A DNA stretch of 64,000 nt from an uncultured Gammaproteobacteria bacterium (GTDB taxonomy: Bacteria; Patescibacteriota; Microgenomatia; UBA10105): contig CAYPMW010000003.1 of assembly GCA_964412165.1 (NCBI GenBank), forward strand, positions 10,338-74,337, given 5' to 3'. Both the position numbers and the translations under genes were made by a program. Positions 9,111-17,579 of this stretch are shown here, piece by piece. Position 1 is the stretch's first letter, and each line of letters starts with the position of its first letter. The notes under the pieces were generated by a model. The model did no database searches, was not told the DNA's origin, and worked only from the letters and a program-made list of their open reading frames with translations.

Positions 9111-11216
9111 ATGTATTTATTGCTGCTATTATCGGTTCCGGTTCTTTACATTTATGGCCTGATTCGTCTAATTCTTGATTTAATTAGATTCCAGGAAAAA
9201 AAAGCACCCCTTGATCGCCGTCAATTTCTGGAACAGGCGATTATAGATTTAGATAACACTATCAATAAAACTCCTTCAACCACGCTTTCCGAACAACTTT
9301 CTGCCTATCGCGCGCAACTTTTCGCGGCACAAACAGTCGTTGCGCCACGCATCCAAACACCCCAAACGGAACACGAATCTTTCTCAGTGGCTAACTGGTA
9401 TAGTGAAAATTCCATAAACGTGTTACTTTATATCGGCGCTTTTCTCATCGTTGCCTCAGTTTCAATATTCGTCGGTTTCCAGTGGGAAACGCTTTCTCCA
9501 GTCACAAGGGGCGGATTTATCACTGTATTTACCCTGCTGTGGTTTATCTTCGGATCATGGTTCGTATCAGTCCCGAAAGTTAGATCCGCCGGGATGACTT
9601 TTTTGGCAATAGGGGCGCTGCTTATCCCGTTTTGCGGTATGGGATGGTATAATTTTGTGTTGGAACCCATGGGGGCGGATAGCGGAGTCGTCTGGTTGAT
9701 CACGACTCTTGCGGCTCTCCCCGTTTATTACCTGCTTGCGGCAAATCTCCGCAAGAAATTTTACGGTTATTTAGTTAGTCTCGGCGCTTTTTCCCTCGTG
9801 TTCAGTATCATTGACTTAAGGAACCTGGCTTATGATTATTACATTTTGGGGACCATCCTGACCAGTATTGTGCTTCTGGTCCTGGCTCGTAATCAAGCTT
9901 TAAATTTAGCGGAAAACAATGAAATATTTGCCATACCTATTGAATACAGCGCACAAATTCTCGCTCCCTTGGCACTATTTTACGGGCTGATTCTGTCCGC
10001 CGTCGGAGACCGGTTGTTCACGCTTGAAACGACATTGGGAGTAATATCGGGAGCTTCGTTTTACCTGACAACGTATATATACCGGCGTTTTCCTCCATTC
10101 TTTGCGGTATTTCAAATCCTTGTGTATGCAAGTATATATTTCTGTCTAAAGTGGCTTTCATTTCCCTCACAAACTATTCTCTATATCCTCCAACTTGTTT
10201 CATTTTCCACGCTTATCGGAGCCTATTTTTTCAGACTCAAAAACCGGGAAGCTTTAAAAAATATCACGCTCCATCTCTCGGTGATAACTTCAGTCCTCTG
10301 GTATATGAGTGCATTGGCCGCAAACCTGGAAACTCAGGATAAGCTGGTGTTTAGCGTATTTGTTGCCGGCATAGCTCTTATCCAAAGCATCTTCTACGGT
10401 TACAAAGAGCTCAGGTACTTGGCAAATATTATTTATTTTATTGCCCTTATCCATGTGTTTGACCTGTTTAAACTCGATTATAACCATCTACCCCTGGCTT
10501 TCACCGGCCTGTCATGGGCGCTTTATATTCTTTCTACGCTTTTCCCGGATGACCAGGAAGCCAGCACTGTATACCAAACATCAGCTTTGGTGAGCGCGTT
10601 TTTTATTTCGCTTTTCTTCGGTGCCTATCATTTTTTACTCAAGGATACGCTATTTTACAAAGATTATACGAGACAGCTGTCAGTCCTGGCGGCAGCCTAT
10701 TCGGCATTTTTTGTCTATGTGGCCGAAGCCGTAAGAAGTAAAAGGACACTGATGCGCTACCTGGCTTCCGGCATGGGGGTACTTGTGTATGTCTGGCAGC
10801 TCAAGTTTGCGGAAGTGACTGAACTCCAGATATATACATCCGCAATCGGAGCGTATTTTTTAGTGCTGGCATTTTTACGACACGAAGCTGGAGACAATCA
10901 AAGAAGGGACCTATTTGACGGTTTAGGACTATTTGTACTGTTATTTTTTTCAATTATTCAGACATTTGCGGAAAAACCAATCTATGCCCTGGTTTTGGGA
11001 ATTGAAGGCACGCTTTTAGTATTTTTAGGCAATTTAGGGCAGTCCAAGCGCTACACCTATACCGGAATTACAGCAATCGTTTTGGCTGTACTTTCCCAAA
11101 CGTATGATGAAATCCTTGAGCTGCCGCGGTGGCTCCTCACCGGCGCTGGCGGATTTTTATTTATACTGATTGCTTTATATCTCATGGTGTATAAAAAACA
11201 TCCCGAATCGAGGTGA
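9111..11216 (+). CDS. Large polytopic membrane protein (DUF2157-like)
   Basis: 701 aa, many TM segments; NVLLYIGAFLIVAS..FV..W pattern typical of DUF2157/2339-type proteins. Confidence 0.75.
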   Translation: MYLLLLLSVPVLYIYGLIRLILDLIRFQEKKAPLDRRQFLEQAIIDLDNTINKTPSTTLSEQLSAYRAQLFAAQTVVAPRIQTPQTEHESFSVANWYSENSINVLLYIGAFLIVASVSIFVGFQWETLSPVTRGGFITVFTLLWFIFGSWFVSVPKVRSAGMTFLAIGALLIPFCGMGWYNFVLEPMGADSGVVWLITTLAALPVYYLLAANLRKKFYGYLVSLGAFSLVFSIIDLRNLAYDYYILGTILTSIVLLVLARNQALNLAENNEIFAIPIEYSAQILAPLALFYGLILSAVGDRLFTLETTLGVISGASFYLTTYIYRRFPPFFAVFQILVYASIYFCLKWLSFPSQTILYILQLVSFSTLIGAYFFRLKNREALKNITLHLSVITSVLWYMSALAANLETQDKLVFSVFVAGIALIQSIFYGYKELRYLANIIYFIALIHVFDLFKLDYNHLPLAFTGLSWALYILSTLFPDDQEASTVYQTSALVSAFFISLFFGAYHFLLKDTLFYKDYTRQLSVLAAAYSAFFVYVAEAVRSKRTLMRYLASGMGVLVYVWQLKFAEVTELQIYTSAIGAYFLVLAFLRHEAGDNQRRDLFDGLGLFVLLFFSIIQTFAEKPIYALVLGIEGTLLVFLGNLGQSKRYTYTGITAIVLAVLSQTYDEILELPRWLLTGAGGFLFILIALYLMVYKKHPESR

Positions 11217-11261
11217 CTTCTCCATATTTATAAGTCTCATTATGCTACTGGTATAATCCCG

Positions 11262-11385
11262 CTAGTCTCCCGATCGACCTAAAACTTCTGCTTTTTAACG
11301 AAGTTTACAGGGAAGTCAAGCCAAGCATTACGGAAAATATAATAAAAAGGACTGACGGCACCTCAAGTCGAGCCGTGAGAATTGT
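11262..11385 (+). ncRNA. Putative structured ncRNA, 6S RNA-like
   Basis: TGGTATAAT extended -10 at 11249-11257 with no credible ORF following; closing stem TCTCCCGATCGAC (11266-78)/GTCGAGCCGTGAGA (11367-80); internal stems AAACTTC/GAAGTTT and GTCAAGCC/GGACTGAC; ACAGGGA...GACGGCACC resembles 6S consensus elements. Confidence 0.4.
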
Positions 11386-11454
11386 CCAGAGAATTTTACA
11401 GCTTGCAGCACACACGCAACCCAGCGCTTTATGGATTACTAATAGAATCCGGAA

Positions 11455-12549
11455 TTATGCTCCAATCTTAAAGTCCACAACATCCCCATCTGTCATCTCG
11501 TATTCTTTACCTTCGAGTCGGACTTTGCCGAGTTCCCGAGCTTTCTGCCAACCGCCAACTCTCACAAAATCATCATATGAGACTACCTCAGCTTTGATAA
11601 AATTTTTCTCGAAATTAGTGTGGATCACGCCAGCTGCCTGGGTAGCTTTCATACCGCGGGTAATCGTCCACGCCCGCGCTTCCTTCTCGCCTCCGGTCAG
11701 AAATGAAATTAGGTTAAGCTTTGCGTAGGCTTTCCTTACAAGCCGCTCAAGACCGGATGTCTCAAGTTCCAAGGTTTTCAGATATTCCTGTTCCTCCTCC
11801 GGTGTAAGACTCGCAAGTTCAGCTTCAATCTTTGCGGAAACAACCACTTCATTATCCTGCGAACTGTGAACCACTAACTGTGAACTTACTTCTTTTTCGC
11901 TCACATTCAACACATAAATCACCGGTTTCATCGTCAATAGATGCAGGTCCTTTATAATATCTTGCTCTTGCGGATCAGTGATTACCCGAGATGCGCATTG
12001 TCCTTGGTTTAAGGCTACTTTAAACCGCGAAATAATTTCCCATTTTTTAAGTTCTTCCTTGGTCGCATTCATCCTCGGCTCCGTCTGTTTCTCCAGAGTC
12101 TCAAGATCGGCAAGCATGAGTTCTGCTTCAACTATTCCTTTGTCACGCGCTGGATCCACTTCTGCGGCCATATGGACGACTGACGGATCGCCAAAGTAAC
12201 GGATCATATGGCAAATTAGATCCACCTCGCGGATGTGGGCAAGAAATTTATTTCCCAAACCTTCACCTTTGTGTGCTCCAGCAACAAGTCCTGCTATATC
12301 AATAAATTTTACTGTGGCCGGGACGAGAGGAATTTTCTTTTTTTCTTGACCCACAACTGATAACTCATCACTTACAATTTCCGCGATTTTAGACAGCCGC
12401 GGATCTGGTACGGGAACCACTCCCACATTTGGTTCAATAGTGGCAAATGGATAACTGGCTACATACGCCACCTGTTTTTTCAGAAGCGCATTAAACAATG
12501 TCGACTTTCCGGCGTTCGGTAGCCCTACGATTCCGACACTCAGGCCCAT
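11455..12549 (-). CDS. ychF: Ribosome-binding ATPase YchF
   Basis: [45 protein letters not shown]-terminal TGS domain (AAGVIHT, EGKEY). Confidence 0.97.
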   Translation of the reverse strand: MGLSVGIVGLPNAGKSTLFNALLKKQVAYVASYPFATIEPNVGVVPVPDPRLSKIAEIVSDELSVVGQEKKKIPLVPATVKFIDIAGLVAGAHKGEGLGNKFLAHIREVDLICHMIRYFGDPSVVHMAAEVDPARDKGIVEAELMLADLETLEKQTEPRMNATKEELKKWEIISRFKVALNQGQCASRVITDPQEQDIIKDLHLLTMKPVIYVLNVSEKEVSSQLVVHSSQDNEVVVSAKIEAELASLTPEEEQEYLKTLELETSGLERLVRKAYAKLNLISFLTGGEKEARAWTITRGMKATQAAGVIHTNFEKNFIKAEVVSYDDFVRVGGWQKARELGKVRLEGKEYEMTDGDVVDFKIGA

Positions 12550-12622
12550 ATTCCGTAACTCCTTCTATTGAATATTATATATTTCTGTGGTAATATACAT
12601 TTATCACGATGACTGGACTAGC

Positions 12623-13156
12623 CTAAGGTTTCGACCGACCGCGAATGCCAGTCTTTTTTTGTTCTAAAGAGTCCCGCAGTAAATCAATCCGCACAATATA
12701 ACGCTTCTGGTTAAATTGACGTAATAAGCTGGAATAATGTCGTGTTGGCGCAAGTATTTTAAGAAGTTTATCTTTGTCTTCTAAATATTCAATTAAACAA
12801 TGGAAATCCCCATCACCTGTAACAATAACTGCTTTATGATAATACTTGTATTGAATCATCGTATGTAGAACTAGTTCGGCATCTACGTTTCCCTTAATGA
12901 CAACTTTATCCGCTTCACGATGATACAAGGTTGGCTTAAAGATTATGACAAAACCACATTCCTCCAAAAAGGCGTACAATAACTCGTTTCCTGCTACTTG
13001 ACCTATAAACAAATATGCCTTAACAACACCATATTTGTTTCTCAGATACTGCCTAAATTTACGCCAATCCAATTTCCAACTTTGGGATTGAATACCCAAA
13101 TTTAAGTTTTGGCTGTCAATAAATGCGTAAACTACCGGATTTTTACTTCTTCGCAT
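12623..13156 (-). CDS. NYN domain (PIN-like) protein
   Basis: FIDSQNL, KGNVDAELV, TGDGDF acidic motifs of the NYN/LabA family; start at ATG 13156. Confidence 0.9.
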   Translation of the reverse strand: MRRSKNPVVYAFIDSQNLNLGIQSQSWKLDWRKFRQYLRNKYGVVKAYLFIGQVAGNELLYAFLEECGFVIIFKPTLYHREADKVVIKGNVDAELVLHTMIQYKYYHKAVIVTGDGDFHCLIEYLEDKDKLLKILAPTRHYSSLLRQFNQKRYIVRIDLLRDSLEQKKTGIRGRSKP

Positions 13157-13350
13157 GAACAAATTGTAGCATAAACAATGGCTTTCACTATACTAATGAG
13201 TTCTTTATCCATTCTTAACTAGCAAGAAGATAGGTTTTCAGGAAGAGCGGTAGAACGATGTTGCAATAATCAAAGCTTAAAGTCTTTTTTAACAATTATC
13301 ATAGGTAACAGTTCACTCTTTCGATACAAATATTATTGTTTGAGCGTCCT

Positions 13351-13365
13351 ACACACCGGGTGTGT
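13351..13365. repeat. REP-like palindrome upstream of the RAYT transposase
   Basis: ACACACC-G-GGTGTGT; the same core recurs at 14105-14151. Confidence 0.75.
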
Positions 13366-13371
13366 GCTGGC

Positions 13372-13400
13372 TTGACACAGAGGAATATTTTCTTTACTAT
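13372..13400 (+). promoter_or_regulatory. Sigma70-type promoter of the RAYT gene (probably leaderless)
   Basis: TTGACA-17 nt-TACTAT, ATG 8 nt downstream. Confidence 0.6.
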
Positions 13401-13408
13401 AAATTCAA

Positions 13409-14083
13409 ATGCCCCGACGTCTGACACCTCTTGTAACCGGAGAAATTTATCACGTCTTCAACAGAAGTGTTGCTCTTCAACCCATATTTAAGGGTTCTAG
13501 AGATTATGTAAGAGTTCTTGAGTTAATTGATTATTATCGTTATCTGAACCATCCCATGCGTTTCTCGCATTACAATAGATTACCGCCCCAAACAAAAATC
13601 AAATTACTAGAACATCTTTACAAAACAGACGATAAATATATCGACGTATACGCATTTTCCTTAATGCCAAATCATTATCATCTTCTTGTTAAACAATTAA
13701 AGGATGATGGCATAAGTACATTCTTCAGATTGATCCAAAATAGTTATGCAAAATATCTGAACACAAAATCAAAAAGATTTGGTTCTCTATTTCAACAAAT
13801 GTTTAAGGCAGTAAGGATTGAAACAGATGAACAATTACTTCATGTCGCGAGATATATACATCTAAATCCACTTACAAGTTATATTATTAATAAAAAAAGT
13901 GACTTGGAAAAGTATAGATGGACTTCATTTATAGATTATCTCTCTTCCAGTCCCCGACTCTTCATAAATACTAATTTCTTAAATAAATACTTTAACACAA
14001 AGTCTAACTTTAAGGAATTTACGTTTAACCAACTTGATTATCAAAGAAATCTGGAAAGGATAAAACATCTTACAGGTGACTAG
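13409..14083 (+). mobile_element. REP-associated tyrosine (HUH/Y1) transposase, RAYT/IS200-like
   Basis: IYHVFNRS, YAFSLMPNHYHLL (HUH), GSLFQ, YIHLNP, YRWTS; flanked by REP palindromes; lower GC than neighbouring genes. Confidence 0.9.
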
Positions 14084-14104
14084 ACCCTGTTTGTCTACCT
14101 ACCA

Positions 14105-14151
14105 CACACCGGGTGTGGGTAACCGGGTGTGGGTAACACCGGGTGTGGGTA
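14105..14151. repeat. REP cluster: three tandem ACCGGGTGTGGGTA units
   Basis: Units at 14108-14121, 14122-14135 and 14138-14151; first unit embedded in the palindrome CACACCGGGTGTG. Confidence 0.8.
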
Positions 14152-14334
14152 AACACTTTTTATTTTAGGCTGGGTTGCCAATGACTTTACAAAGAGAGAA
14201 GAAGTAGCCTCTCAACAATTTCAAAGTGGCATAGGAGGTGGTCCACCAAAAGACTGCACCCAAATTAACGCTAACTGACTTGTCCAAAATAATACTATCT
14301 GCTATACTTTTTAAAATTCCACTTTACTTCATTT

Positions 14335-14409
14335 GCGATGGTAGTTCAATGGTAAAACGCTACCTTCCCAAGGAGAAGGCTGAGGGTTCTATTCCCTTCC
14401 ATCGCTCCA
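14335..14409 (+). tRNA. tRNA-Gly(CCC), atypical or degenerate
   Basis: Acceptor stem GCGATGG/CCATCGC, U73 discriminator and encoded CCA, anticodon loop TTCCCAA, T-stem GAGGG/CCCTT; mismatches in D- and anticodon stems, T-loop TTCTATT; TTGTCC-17-TATACT promoter upstream. Confidence 0.85.
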
Positions 14410-14483
14410 AATATGACAGAAATAAACAGAAAGTTACTAGGAAATTACATAAAAGTTACAATTAAATACACAGAAAGGTACTT

Positions 14484-15134
14484 ATGCTTAGTTCACAAGA
14501 ACAAGAAATTATCAAATATCAAGGAGATCTAGAGTTGGGAATATCTTTGCCTGTCGAGTGGCCAACTGTTGACATAGAAAAAGCTGATGCACAAGTAACA
14601 CTTGCAGCAAGAGCCATTCGATTACATTACTACCGTCAACTTCGGCTTTTAAGACAAATTCCCTATTTAGCGCTTGAAGCCAATGGCCGTGGTGGATGGC
14701 TTGATGAATGGGGTCGCGCCTATACTCATTGCATGATGGCAATTCATCAGGAGAACGAAACATGGGGATCATATGATATGTTTATTGAACTTAGATCTGG
14801 TGTTCTTATTGGGGCAGAAGGCTCAAGTAGCCACTTCGTAATTACACCGTCAGAAACGGTTCAATTTGGTGGAGACACGAGTTGGAAATTAGCGAGCGAT
14901 AAAGAAATTTATACAAAATTAGCTCATCAAGATGAAAAAAGTAGATTTAGTCCAACTGATGAAATCAATGATATGTTACAGAGGACTAAACGACCTTATC
15001 ACAATCGCCCAGAAGAAGTTGAAAGAGCATTGAGAAATAAAGCACGATATAAGCTTAAACTTGATGAAATGATGGCAGATTTACCAGAAGAACAAGTCAT
15101 AGCCACTTTAAGAGCTCAGGGATTTGATCTATAA
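14484..15134 (+). CDS. Hypothetical protein
   Basis: 216-aa ORF downstream of the tRNA; no recognised motif. Confidence 0.7.
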   Translation: MLSSQEQEIIKYQGDLELGISLPVEWPTVDIEKADAQVTLAARAIRLHYYRQLRLLRQIPYLALEANGRGGWLDEWGRAYTHCMMAIHQENETWGSYDMFIELRSGVLIGAEGSSSHFVITPSETVQFGGDTSWKLASDKEIYTKLAHQDEKSRFSPTDEINDMLQRTKRPYHNRPEEVERALRNKARYKLKLDEMMADLPEEQVIATLRAQGFDL

Positions 15135-15385
15135 ACGTGCGAGAAAAGCTTTGTATACTAAGACGATCTTAAAGTGTTTGTAACTGCAAAACAAGATCTG
15201 GTGTGATATAGTCCACCAGGCTATACTGAAAAAACTCAGGTTTGCAACTCGTTTTTCCAGTATAAACAGGTCCTAACTGATTACGCTCCCCAGCTCATTA
15301 TTAATATTTCACTGTCTATATTCTTGATTTTTAGATATGCTCGTCGAAGAGCGAGAAAGAACGGGAAATCGAGGTTGGCGAAGTT

Positions 15386-16357
15386 TTAACGGCTAATTTT
15401 TGCAGCGTAAATATCACCGTTTCCGGTTCGAGATGACCCCCATGCTGCGATATCTTTCCATATGGAAGTTCCACTATGAGAGTTTTGATTTGGTCCTGTT
15501 GCTTGAAGCTCAAACACTTCACCTGTTCCCAAATCGGCCGCCTTAATTGTGTTTACATGCGCTGAAGGGCTTTCCGACCACACGATATATTTATTTGAAA
15601 TTGAAGGATTTTGAAGCGAGTTAGTGTTAGTTTCGTAAATAACTCTTCTTTCGCCAGTTTTTAAATTTTTCATCACAATTGCCTGGTACGTACCATATAT
15701 ACCTTCATCATATTGATACCAAACCACATTATTTCCATAAATATCCGCAGATTCTTGAAAACCATCCTCAACAGCTATGTCTAGGAATTGTTTACGTCGT
15801 AAGTTATAACCTCGAATGTCTGATCCACCTGGTGCGCCTTCTCCCCAATAAACAATATTGTCGGTAATCTTAGGACTGCATACATTATCAACTATATGTT
15901 GAGTTTGATTCTTACGAATATGATAGGCATAGAGGCTTCCACAAGCTCCACCATCAAGGTAGATAACATAATCACCATTTGTTCCACCGCTTGAGTAAGA
16001 GTTCGGATCACCAATAATTAAAGTATCTTTACTTGTCTTGACGTTATATAACTTAATAATCCCAGTTGTTGAACCAGGTGGAATATCTTGATATACAATC
16101 AAATTGTTATAAAGGTCAGTAATGTACTGTTCACCATCTTTCTGAATGATAGGAAAGTTTTCTTTCGTATCCAAGTTATATCCCCAGATGTCACTCAAGC
16201 TGTCGTATACTATTAGGTCTTTGTAAACAAAAGCGTCTTTTTGTTGCGATCCGTCGGTGGTTACCTGAAATGTGTTTACACTTACTGCCCAAACCGTGCT
16301 TGTAGATACAGAAAATATTAGTAGTAACGAAAATAGCCAATAATGAAACTTTTTCAT
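15386..16357 (-). CDS. Secreted beta-propeller repeat protein (TolB-like/Methanosarcina-type repeats)
   Basis: Signal peptide; repeated units such as PxIxxNxVVW...DIYGYNL, ending RTGNGDIYAA. Confidence 0.8.
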   Translation of the reverse strand: MKKFHYWLFSLLLIFSVSTSTVWAVSVNTFQVTTDGSQQKDAFVYKDLIVYDSLSDIWGYNLDTKENFPIIQKDGEQYITDLYNNLIVYQDIPPGSTTGIIKLYNVKTSKDTLIIGDPNSYSSGGTNGDYVIYLDGGACGSLYAYHIRKNQTQHIVDNVCSPKITDNIVYWGEGAPGGSDIRGYNLRRKQFLDIAVEDGFQESADIYGNNVVWYQYDEGIYGTYQAIVMKNLKTGERRVIYETNTNSLQNPSISNKYIVWSESPSAHVNTIKAADLGTGEVFELQATGPNQNSHSGTSIWKDIAAWGSSRTGNGDIYAAKISR

Positions 16358-16642
16358 CTTAATTTTAATCCCAATATTAGTTTGTTACATTCATGGATAG
16401 TTTACAATAATTCTATTAGCTTTATTTCTTCTTCTATAAACACTCTTACAACTACTTACAATAACTTATGTTTATTTTATCGTAAGTACGTTTAAATTGC
16501 TGTGCTTTTGTTAAAGAGAAACCTTTGTTTACCTTGTTGTTCCACTAATTACTCTTAAAATCCCTTGGATAGCCAAACAAGTGTAGTTTTCATGGAAACA
16601 ACAATATGAAGGATTAGAACTTAAACTGGGAAGATTATGTGT

Positions 16643-17119
16643 TCACCTATTTAAAATCCAGATTGAGAGATTTAAAATCGTAGCAAAACTTACCCAGGCA
16701 AGATAAGGATAGAGAAGATAGGATGCCACTTTAGAAATCTTTTGAAAAGCCTGAATTGTAAGAACAATTGCAACCCATAAAGCAATTATTTCTATAAATG
16801 CCAAACTAGGGCTTTTTAGTCCAAAAAATAAAATTGACCAAACAGTATTAAGTCCTAGTTGTATAAAAAATAATTTAACAGCATGGTGTTTTGACTTTGC
16901 TTTGGAAGTCCAAACCATGTATAAAGAGATCCCCATTAATGCATACAAGGTTGTCCAAACAGGTCCGAATACAAAGTTTGGTGGGGAAAAGAAAGGTTTG
17001 GTTAACATTGCATACCAGGTAGGGATAGAGGAAATTGTAAAGAATGACCCTAAAAGGCCAGCGGCTTGACAGATCAAAATGGCGTATATAAGTAGAGGCC
17101 AGTTCACTGTTTTGGGCAT
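16643..17119 (-). CDS. tspO: TspO/MBR family tryptophan-rich sensory protein
   Basis: WYAMLTKPFFSPPNFVFGPVWTTLY, LNTVWSILFF, LYPYLAWVSFATILN. Confidence 0.95.
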   Translation of the reverse strand: MPKTVNWPLLIYAILICQAAGLLGSFFTISSIPTWYAMLTKPFFSPPNFVFGPVWTTLYALMGISLYMVWTSKAKSKHHAVKLFFIQLGLNTVWSILFFGLKSPSLAFIEIIALWVAIVLTIQAFQKISKVASYLLYPYLAWVSFATILNLSIWILNR

Positions 17120-17211
17120 TATATAAATTATTACTGATACTAATCTAAATTACAACGACAATTTTTACCCAAGAAACCAATATTCTAATAAAAACTAGTC
17201 TGTCTAAAAAA

Positions 17212-17357
17212 GTGAGGACTCCCCGGTTTAAAAGCCGGGGCATCTTTGTTTTAGTGTCCGAAACCCCGTACCGAAAGCCCTAAGAAGACTTCCATACCTG
17301 CCAGCAGGTAGGTATTCAACCCCGCCCTGAATGGCGGGCTTCCTGGTACTGGGGTAA
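17212..17357. mobile_element. Non-autonomous IS200/IS605-derived palindromic mini-element (PATE/MITE-like)
   Basis: Hairpins CCCCGGTTTAAAAGCCGGGG (17221-40) and CCCGCC-CTGAAT-GGCGGG (17321-38) resemble IS605-family end hairpins; extra stem ACCCCGTACC/GGTACTGGGGT; GC-rich island in an AT-rich spacer; no ORF. Confidence 0.6.
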
Positions 17358-17579
17358 CTACTTTTGGAAAGGTTGAGGCAGCAGAAATGATAACAGCAAA
17401 GTAGTCAAAGTTCCCAAATAGTTTTTATTATAAAGAAAAGTGATGTCAGACTTATTTCAGGAAAAAAATCAAAATACAAACTGTTATATGTTAAACCACT
17501 CACCTTCACATGACTTACAATACCTTCCAAATGATCTATTGCAAACAAATTGGATGTATACTAGAGTAAAATAAGCCCT

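Noticed and set aside
11305-11365. 16S rRNA fragment (CAGGGAAG...TGACGGCACCT resembles helix 17)
   Set aside because: Similarity is limited to two short words and the flanks do not follow 16S sequence.
14105-14156. CRISPR array
   Set aside because: Units are 14 bp with 0-2 nt between them, there are no spacers and no cas genes; better explained as REPs of the adjacent RAYT.
14238-14465. 75-aa ORF spanning the tRNA
   Set aside because: It overlaps tRNA-Gly and its promoter, so it is likely spurious.
15221-15290. Inverted repeat TATACTG...CAGTATA and CGCTCC as an att-site remnant of the tRNA
   Set aside because: The match to the tRNA 3' end is only about 6 nt and there is no integrase; more likely a terminator between convergent genes.
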